Part shown: piece by piece, positions 35,950-42,434 of the stretch | Position numbering within the stretch: position 1 is the first letter of the stretch | Layout of the letters: the number at the start of each line of letters is the position of its first letter | NCBI GenBank assembly: GCA_903910215.1 | Contig: CAIVYV010000072.1 | Span: forward strand, 1 to 50,647 | DNA length: 50,647 nucleotides | Direction of reading: 5' to 3' | Source of the DNA: an uncultured Pseudomonadota bacterium | Lineage (GTDB): Bacteria; Pseudomonadota; Gammaproteobacteria; Steroidobacterales; Steroidobacteraceae | Translations under genes and position numbers: made by a program | Notes under the pieces: model-generated | Told to the model about the DNA's origin: nothing | Seen by the model: the letters and a program-made list of their open reading frames with translations, nothing else | Database searches by the model: none

Positions 35950-36288
35950 TCAGGTGGCCGCCACGCCGGTTTCGCCCGTGCGTATGCGAATCGCCTGTTC
36001 GATCCCGGATACAAAAATGCGCCCATCACCCACCTTCCCGGTACGGGTCACGTTGGCGATCGCTTCGACCACCGGTTCGACGATGCTTTCGTCGACGGCG
36101 ATCTGCACTTGGATGCGTGAAACGAAATCCACCTGGTATTCGGCGGCGCGATAAATCTCGAGATGTCCGAGTTCGGCGCCATATCCGCGTACCTCTAGAA
36201 TCGTCATGCCTTGCACACCCAGCTGCGCGACAGCCAACTCGAGATCGTCCAACTTGAAGGGACGGATGATGGCGGTGATCATCTTCAT
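35950..36288 (-). CDS. glnK: P-II nitrogen regulatory protein (GlnK-type, divergent T-loop)
   Basis: 'MKMITAIIRPFKLDD', 'TGKVGDGRIFV' and 'IRIRTGE' are present. The length is 112 aa and the gene lies immediately upstream of amtB. Confidence 0.9.
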   Translation of the reverse strand: MKMITAIIRPFKLDDLELAVAQLGVQGMTILEVRGYGAELGHLEIYRAAEYQVDFVSRIQVQIAVDESIVEPVVEAIANVTRTGKVGDGRIFVSGIEQAIRIRTGETGVAAT

Positions 36289-36407
36289 CGCACGGACCAT
36301 CCCTTTGGCATCGAACGAATAACCGCTTCGTCACATTAAAAATGCGATTCGGCGTCCCGACCGTCGGCGCGGTATCCTTCGCATCGACGGCTCGATGGAC
36401 AGGGAAT

Positions 36408-36423
36408 TGCAGAATCCGTGCCA
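36408..36423 (-). promoter_or_regulatory. Sigma-54 (-24/-12) promoter candidate for glnK-amtB
   Basis: The minus strand reads TGGCACGGATTCTGCA, which fits the consensus TGGCACG-N4-TTGCA/T with one mismatch. It lies about 120 nt upstream of the glnK ATG. Confidence 0.6.
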
Positions 36424-36554
36424 CGCTGGATCACCGCCTGAGTGGTCGGTTTGTCGCGTCTTGGTGCAGATTCGACTGCTGTGCCGCACCGTTTTGGCAC
36501 CGGCGCATCCGGTGCTGCGTCATAAGAGGGCAGTAATGCCCGGAGAGTAATGTC

Positions 36555-36821
36555 ATGGACCAGAAAATCGACGACATCGTCAGACGCCTGCTCGGGTCAC
36601 TGCCGACTTCTCTACAGGACTCTGCTCAAGGACTTCGCCGGGACATCGAAGACAATTTCCGCGCCGTGCTGCAGGCTAATCTGACCAAGCTCGACTTGCT
36701 CTCGCGCGACGAATTCCTCGCTCAGGCGAAAGTGCTCGAGCGAACCCGAGCGCAGCTAGATGAACTGGAGCGGCGTCTTGCGGCATTGGAGGCAAGGTCG
36801 TCTGACACGCCGCGGGGATGA
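36555..36821 (+). CDS. ubiK: Ubiquinone biosynthesis accessory factor UbiK (YqiC/BMFP family)
   Basis: The 88-aa protein has a coiled-coil region: 'NLTKLDLLSRDEFLAQAKVLERTRAQLDELERRLAALE'. GGAGAG precedes the ATG. Confidence 0.75.
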   Translation: MDQKIDDIVRRLLGSLPTSLQDSAQGLRRDIEDNFRAVLQANLTKLDLLSRDEFLAQAKVLERTRAQLDELERRLAALEARSSDTPRG

Positions 36822-36827
36822 CCCGCT

Positions 36828-38357
36828 ATGAGCGTTGCCCGGGTAGCTTGCCGAGGGCAGGTGGGCTTGACGTCGCCGCCGGTGCAGATCGAGGTTTATC
36901 TCGGTAACGGGCTGCCCTGTTTTCACATCGTTGGTTTGCTCTCGACCGAAGTCAAAGAGAGTCGGGAGCGAGTCAGGGCGGCAATCAGTACGACGGGTTT
37001 CGAATTGCCCGCGGGTCGTATCACCGTCAATCTCGCGCCGGCTGATCTGCCTAAAGATGGCGGTCGATTCGATTTGGCCATAGCGCTTGGCATCCTTGCT
37101 GCCTCCGGTCAGTTGCGGCCCGCCCGCAGTCTCGAACGAATCGAATGTTTCGCCGAGCTCGGTTTGTCTGGGGAATTGCGCGCCGTTCGAGGCGCGCTAC
37201 CCGCGGCGGCGGCAGCGCAAGCGGCTGGTCATGAGGTGATCGTCGCGCGCGACAATGCCCCCGAGCTATGTCACTTGGTGGGAGCTCAGGTCGTGGTGGC
37301 GGGTACCTTGCAGGAAGTGTGCGATTACCTCGAAGGGCGTCGCGAGCTTACTCCGGCACGAGATAGCATTCCGTCCCGCGACGAATCGACTGTCGCATGG
37401 CCGATGGTTGCGTTGGCCGATGTTCGCGGCCAATCATTGGGCAAGCGAGCCCTCGAGGTTGCAGCCGCCGGGGAGCATAGCTTGCTGCTGATGGGTCCGC
37501 CGGGGTGCGGTAAGAGCATGCTCGCAGCGCGTCTGCCAGGGTTGCTCCCGCCACTGTCACCCGAAGAAGAGCTCGAGGTCGCGATGATCGCCTCGATCAC
37601 CGGCGGGCGTTCGCTCGTGAGTTCGCAAGGACGGGTATCTCGTCCGTTTCGCTCGCCGCATCATGGTGCGTCGGCGAGTGCGATCATCGGCGGTGGTGCT
37701 GCTGCTCGCGCAGGTGAAATCACGCTCGCGCATCGCGGCGTACTTTTCCTGGATGAGTTGCCGGAGTTCGATCGGCGCGTCCTTGAGGCACTGCGTGAGC
37801 CACTTGAGACTGGCCATGTGTCGATTGTTCGAGCCGAAGCCGCGGCTGAGTACCCCGCGAGATTCCAATTGATTGCAGCGATGAATCCGTGTCCTTGCGG
37901 ACAGCGCGGCGCAAGCCGTGGGCTTTGCCGCTGCTCCGAGTCGCAGATCGAGCGCTACGCCGCGCGATTATCCGGTCCGCTATTAGATCGAATCGACCTG
38001 CGTATCGCACTCGAGGCGGTCAGTGATGCCGACCTCAGTGATGACAGTCGTGCGCTGCGCGAGGCCGACGAGACGGCGATTCGATCCCGAATCCGCTGCG
38101 CACTAAGGCAGCAGCAAGATCGACAGGCTTGCTCGAATTCGAGACTCGAGGGTGCGCAACTGGCGGCCTTTGCCGAGCCTGACGCTGCGGGCCGTCGATT
38201 ACTCGCGGCGATGCGCAGCAAACTGGGGCTCAGCATGCGCGGTTACGATCGCACGTTACGCGTTGCACGAACCTTGGCTGACCTCGATCAAAAAAAATGC
38301 CTCGGCGAGGAGCATCTCGCCGAGGCATTTCAGCTGCGAAGATCTTTAGGGGCTTGA
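36828..38357 (+). CDS. comM: YifB/ComM family Mg-chelatase-like AAA+ ATPase
   Basis: The N-terminal Lon-protease-like domain contains 'ITVNLAPADLPKDGGRFDLAIALGILAAS'. The Walker A motif is 'GPPGCGKSMLA'. 'GVLFLDELPEF' and 'FQLIAAMNPCPCG' are also present. The length is 509 aa. Confidence 0.92.
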   Translation: MSVARVACRGQVGLTSPPVQIEVYLGNGLPCFHIVGLLSTEVKESRERVRAAISTTGFELPAGRITVNLAPADLPKDGGRFDLAIALGILAASGQLRPARSLERIECFAELGLSGELRAVRGALPAAAAAQAAGHEVIVARDNAPELCHLVGAQVVVAGTLQEVCDYLEGRRELTPARDSIPSRDESTVAWPMVALADVRGQSLGKRALEVAAAGEHSLLLMGPPGCGKSMLAARLPGLLPPLSPEEELEVAMIASITGGRSLVSSQGRVSRPFRSPHHGASASAIIGGGAAARAGEITLAHRGVLFLDELPEFDRRVLEALREPLETGHVSIVRAEAAAEYPARFQLIAAMNPCPCGQRGASRGLCRCSESQIERYAARLSGPLLDRIDLRIALEAVSDADLSDDSRALREADETAIRSRIRCALRQQQDRQACSNSRLEGAQLAAFAEPDAAGRRLLAAMRSKLGLSMRGYDRTLRVARTLADLDQKKCLGEEHLAEAFQLRRSLGA

Positions 38358-38361
38358 GCGC

Positions 38362-38868
38362 TTACTGCGCGAGCATGTGATCGACGGCGGCCTGAATCAG
38401 CTCATCCGATAGATCCGTACGTCCGCCTTTGGCGGGCATCACACCCGCTTTGCCCGTGTAGCCTTCGATCGCGTGTTTGTAGAGCGTCGCCTTACCTTGG
38501 GCGATACGCGGCGCCCAAACAGCCGCATCCCCGGTCTTCGGCGCACCAGCAATGCCGCCGGTGTGGCAAGCACCGCATACTTGCTCGTAGACGCCCGGGC
38601 CATCCGTGAGCACTGCCATGGCAGTGGTCATGGCACCGGCGCCTGGTGCGATCGCGAGGGCCGAGTTGTCGGCACCCGCGACGGCGACACGACCCGAAGT
38701 CAGATTGCGCTCGACGTCGGCCACATACTTGGGCTCAGTCAGTAGGTGCGCCTTCTGAGTGTTGTTGCCAACGACACGAGCCAAGGCAAACAAAACGATC
38801 GCAATCACGATCAGGATGCCGAGTACGAGACTGAAGATGTTGAAAAACTGGGAGTCCTGCTTGCTCAC
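38362..38868 (-). CDS. Membrane-anchored cytochrome c5-type monoheme cytochrome
   Basis: The N-terminal TM segment is 'FFNIFSLVLGILIVIAIVLFAL'. The heme motif 'CGACH' and 'GVMPAKGG' are present. The GTG start overlaps the upstream stop (GTGA). Confidence 0.8.
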   Translation of the reverse strand: MSKQDSQFFNIFSLVLGILIVIAIVLFALARVVGNNTQKAHLLTEPKYVADVERNLTSGRVAVAGADNSALAIAPGAGAMTTAMAVLTDGPGVYEQVCGACHTGGIAGAPKTGDAAVWAPRIAQGKATLYKHAIEGYTGKAGVMPAKGGRTDLSDELIQAAVDHMLAQ

Positions 38869-39569
38869 GTGTGTGTCCGGCGGGTGTTGAAAACCGCCGG
38901 ATTATAGCCGTTGGTCGGCAGCGGCTCCAACACTGACACCAGATTGCCGCTCTCGCGCATGCTCTCCCAGTCAGCCCGCCTGGCACTGTGGAGGCTCGCG
39001 GTCGGCATGATGGTTCGTAGCACCACTTCGCCGTACGCCGGGATATCGCCGGCGGCGAGGCCGTATTCCAGGGCAAACCAGGCATTACCGTGCCGATCCC
39101 AGGTTGGCCACTGGTCGGACGGGGCGCCGTCTGCCCACCCCACTTGCGCAATCAACAGGCGCACGACGTCGATCAAGGTCGTGATCAGCGTGTGGCCCTC
39201 GAACTTGAAGCCTTGGATGACGCGCTCGTAGAAGTGTGGTGTCGCCAACAGCGGGTAGTTCTGTACGTCAGTCGCGAGACCTCCGTCACGCCGCTGAACC
39301 GACTCGCCGCGCAATTGGTAGAGACCGGTAGCATTGAGCTCGCAATAAGCCCACATGGCGAGCTTCTTGGTTCGTTCGATCAGGACGACGCGCTCGGGGC
39401 CTAGGGTGGAAAACAAGGCCTCGTGGGTCGATCGGACCCGCGGCCCGAATCGATCCGGTTTGCGGGATAAACGGTAGGTCGCCAAGCGGCTTGCCACTCG
39501 CCGATCGGATTCGCGTCGCAGCCCGCGGGCATGCGTGTCGCTGATGGCAAATTGTGAATAATCGAGCAT
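38865..39569 (-). CDS. Hypothetical cytoplasmic protein (234 aa), no family recognised
   Basis: It has an ATG start and a long clean ORF. It is translationally coupled (GTGA) to the cytochrome c5 gene. It has no signal peptide or TM segment and a basic N-terminus. Confidence 0.5.
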   Translation of the reverse strand: MLDYSQFAISDTHARGLRRESDRRVASRLATYRLSRKPDRFGPRVRSTHEALFSTLGPERVVLIERTKKLAMWAYCELNATGLYQLRGESVQRRDGGLATDVQNYPLLATPHFYERVIQGFKFEGHTLITTLIDVVRLLIAQVGWADGAPSDQWPTWDRHGNAWFALEYGLAAGDIPAYGEVVLRTIMPTASLHSARRADWESMRESGNLVSVLEPLPTNGYNPAVFNTRRTHT

Positions 39570-39650
39570 GGACGCACCTTCCCCGAGAAAGGTAACGGCC
39601 GGTCGGCTCTTGGCGTGATCACGGGTTTCGTGACGCGCGTCACCGAATGT

Positions 39651-40133
39651 CTACTGACGTACGTTCACGGGTTTCGAATCGAGCGTCGCCGCTCGTTTTC
39701 GTAGTTGCTCTGTTTTGCGCTGCGCTTGAGCGAGCGTGTTGTAACGAGGATTCGGAACCGTAAAAGCCGTGTACGACAAATCATCGTGCCCGGGCACGGG
39801 TACCGCCCGTGTGCCGCTGATCGCGATGACAAGGCCGGTGTCATCATCGGTCACATCTCCCGATACGGTGCAGCGATACGTTTGCCCTGCAACGAGGTTT
39901 CCAAAATCGCAGGCTTTGACGGCACCGCCTGCCGCATTAGGCAACTCGATCGTTACCGCTCTGAAGGCGATACGCGGTTGCAAGCTAATAGTGGCCCGCA
40001 CCGGGTCGGCACTAGTGACAGAGATCGCAGCGCCAAGTTCCAATCCTTCGTCGATTTCGTGCGCTTGCGCAGTGTGCTGCACGATATTCATCATCGACAA
40101 CATGCAAAGGCCAAAGAAAAAGTGCGGCGTCAT
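39651..40133 (-). CDS. Small secreted beta-rich protein (160 aa), function unknown
   Basis: The ATG at 40133 is preceded by GAGG. The signal peptide is 'MTPHFFFGLCMLSMMNIVQHTAQA'. 'CDFGNLVAGQTYRCTVSGDVTDD' resembles bacterial Ig/DUF11-like repeats. It is the last gene of the sigma/TBDR/protease operon. Confidence 0.5.
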   Translation of the reverse strand: MTPHFFFGLCMLSMMNIVQHTAQAHEIDEGLELGAAISVTSADPVRATISLQPRIAFRAVTIELPNAAGGAVKACDFGNLVAGQTYRCTVSGDVTDDDTGLVIAISGTRAVPVPGHDDLSYTAFTVPNPRYNTLAQAQRKTEQLRKRAATLDSKPVNVRQ

Positions 40134-40146
40134 AGTGAGCCTCGGG

Positions 40147-42387
40147 TTAGGGCGTGGGTGTTGGCGCTGGTGCTGCTGTGATGGTGAAGCACTGTTCTGC
40201 AGGTGCGGTGTAGGTGGTCGCTGAGCACTCATTGCGGGTGGTTTCGGCGACGGAGCTCAGCACGACGCTGCACTCGCCGACCCATCCCCAACCGCCCTCG
40301 GATGGAACCACTTGATCCACGAAGATACTGCGCGCGCCTTTGGAATAACCGCCGGCGAGTGAGCCATTGGCCCTGGCGACGACAAACACCGGGATGGTGT
40401 TGCTAGGGGCGCTAATGGTGTATCGGCGCGTAGTTCCGTCACCATCGAATCTAAGATAACGACGATTCGATAGTTTGTTGTATTCGTTAGCGCTGCCAGC
40501 AGAACAAACAGTGACCGAGCCGTTTAACGGGATACGTGTGAATATCGGAAAAGTTTGAGTCGACGATCGATTTCCTAGAATCGATTCCGTGGAGCCCCAC
40601 TCGTCGTTGCCTGCGAGGGTGATATTGAGTGACGAGCCGACGGCATCGATGTTTCCTGCCAGAGCCGGATGCTGTTTCTTCAAGATGCCGGCGTAAGCCC
40701 AGATGTTGGGTCCGAAAGTACCGGTGCGCCAATCCTGCGAATAAAACGGCGCCAGAATTTGCGGGCCGGAGAGCTTGATTGATCCGGCTGGGTCGAACAG
40801 GCGCCAGATGAACTGGATCACCGTTCGCTCCTGAAACCAGCCGAGCGGCGTATCGTTACTGCGATAGTCACTGCGCACCGCGCGCACCGAGCCATCACGA
40901 AAGATAAAGCGATCGAGCGTGGGCGCCTTGGTGATCATCAAGGCTGTTCCCGTGGCGAATCCCTCATGTTGTACCAGCGCGATATCCTGATGTTCGCCCC
41001 GTTCGGAGTGGGGGCCACCGGGCGAATAGTTGCGCTGCGATTTATCCTGCGTGAAGTGCGTCATCTCGTGCGCTGTGATCGCCGTTGAGAGTTCCTGTAA
41101 CTCAAAGGCCGGGGCGCCGGATAGAAAAATATGCGGAATATTTTCGTTGCCGCCCGAGTTCACTCTGCCGTCTGCCGCGATCGTGATGGCGCCACGGGAA
41201 TAAAACGCACCTGAGCTACGTACGAAACCGCGATCGTAGTTGTTGTTATCGGTTGCGCCACCTTTGTTTTGCGCGCTCCAGAGTATCGAGACGCTATCGA
41301 CGGAATTCACCGCACCGTTTTGCGCGACGTAAGCTTGTTGCTCCATGGCATCGGCGAGGACGATGTAGGGTGCGGAGATACGCTGATCATCCCGTAGAAT
41401 TTTGAGTGTGGCATCCCACCCGAGTTTTGCCGTTAGTTCCGTAGCCTGTTTGAGTCGCTTAGGATCAGGCGTGTATTCAGCAGCACGATTAAGATAGGGC
41501 TCATAACGGGTGCGAATCGTGCTTGCCACGGTGGATACCGGACGCATGTTGTCGAGCACATGGATCTCGAAGCCACTGCTGTTCTTGCCGATCGACTTGA
41601 TGACCGGCATGTATCTTTTCTTCGGATCAAGACCCGTGAAGCGCACGCTTCCCGTATCGGATGCATACGTTCCGGCGACTTTATTGCCAGAGCCATCCTG
41701 CAGCTCGATATAGACGTTGCGAATGCCGGTAGTGATCGGGTTTTCCATGTCAGCTTCTAGGCGACCGGATGAATTGACCTTGCTTGGCCCCGGACGTTCA
41801 TATTTCGCCGTGACAAGCAGTTCGAACGTGTCGGCAACGGTAATCGTGACGCTGGAGGTGACGGCTGGATACGCCGGGTTAGAGCATTCGAGTGCGTAGG
41901 TAACGCTCTGCGTCAATGCTGGCGTAGTCAAAGTGCCGGAGGTCGCAATAGTGTCGGTGAAACCAGCTGTGCCGCGACAGCTTTTGATATTCGCTGCCGC
42001 CCAATCAACCTTGGCAGTGTTGCCGGCGAGCAGATCGGAGTCTGATGCCACCAGCGATAAAGTTGGCGCATTCCATCCGGTGACCGCCACGCTGCCGTTA
42101 GCGCTCCCGCCGCGACCAGTGCATGTCAGAGTAAAAGTCGATAATTCTTTGGTGATATTAACGGACTGATTTCCCGAGCTGGCGAAGGAGCCTGCCCAAT
42201 CACCTGCAGCCGTGCAGTTGTCAGCGTTGGTGGACGACCAGGTCAGTGTGACGGCCGCGCCAATGCGTGCGTCTGCTGTTGCCGCCGAGAAGGTGACGGT
42301 CGGCGCTGGCGGCGGACCGCCACCGCCGCCACAGCTGACGAGCAATCCGGCCAAGAAAATGACGATGATCGAGTACCACGCGCGCAT
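40147..42387 (-). CDS. Lipoprotein zinc metalloprotease (HExxH gluzincin-like) with two N-terminal Ig-like repeats
   Basis: The lipobox is 'LAGLLVSC' followed by a GGGGGPPPAP linker. Two ~85-aa Cys-paired repeats are present ('TLTWSSTNADNCTAAGDW...LTCTG' and 'KVDWAAANIKSCRGTAG...LECSN'). 'AHEMTHF' is followed 30 residues later by 'QHEGFATG'. Confidence 0.7.
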   Translation of the reverse strand: MRAWYSIIVIFLAGLLVSCGGGGGPPPAPTVTFSAATADARIGAAVTLTWSSTNADNCTAAGDWAGSFASSGNQSVNITKELSTFTLTCTGRGGSANGSVAVTGWNAPTLSLVASDSDLLAGNTAKVDWAAANIKSCRGTAGFTDTIATSGTLTTPALTQSVTYALECSNPAYPAVTSSVTITVADTFELLVTAKYERPGPSKVNSSGRLEADMENPITTGIRNVYIELQDGSGNKVAGTYASDTGSVRFTGLDPKKRYMPVIKSIGKNSSGFEIHVLDNMRPVSTVASTIRTRYEPYLNRAAEYTPDPKRLKQATELTAKLGWDATLKILRDDQRISAPYIVLADAMEQQAYVAQNGAVNSVDSVSILWSAQNKGGATDNNNYDRGFVRSSGAFYSRGAITIAADGRVNSGGNENIPHIFLSGAPAFELQELSTAITAHEMTHFTQDKSQRNYSPGGPHSERGEHQDIALVQHEGFATGTALMITKAPTLDRFIFRDGSVRAVRSDYRSNDTPLGWFQERTVIQFIWRLFDPAGSIKLSGPQILAPFYSQDWRTGTFGPNIWAYAGILKKQHPALAGNIDAVGSSLNITLAGNDEWGSTESILGNRSSTQTFPIFTRIPLNGSVTVCSAGSANEYNKLSNRRYLRFDGDGTTRRYTISAPSNTIPVFVVARANGSLAGGYSKGARSIFVDQVVPSEGGWGWVGECSVVLSSVAETTRNECSATTYTAPAEQCFTITAAPAPTPTP

Positions 42388-42434
42388 GACGTCACGATAC
42401 TGGACTTCTGTGCGCTATCAAACAGTCATCGCGT

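Noticed and set aside
36828-38357. comM as a possible genomic-island insertion hotspot or disrupted gene
   Set aside because: The ORF is intact at full length (509 aa) with all AAA+ and Mg-chelatase motifs. No insertion is present.
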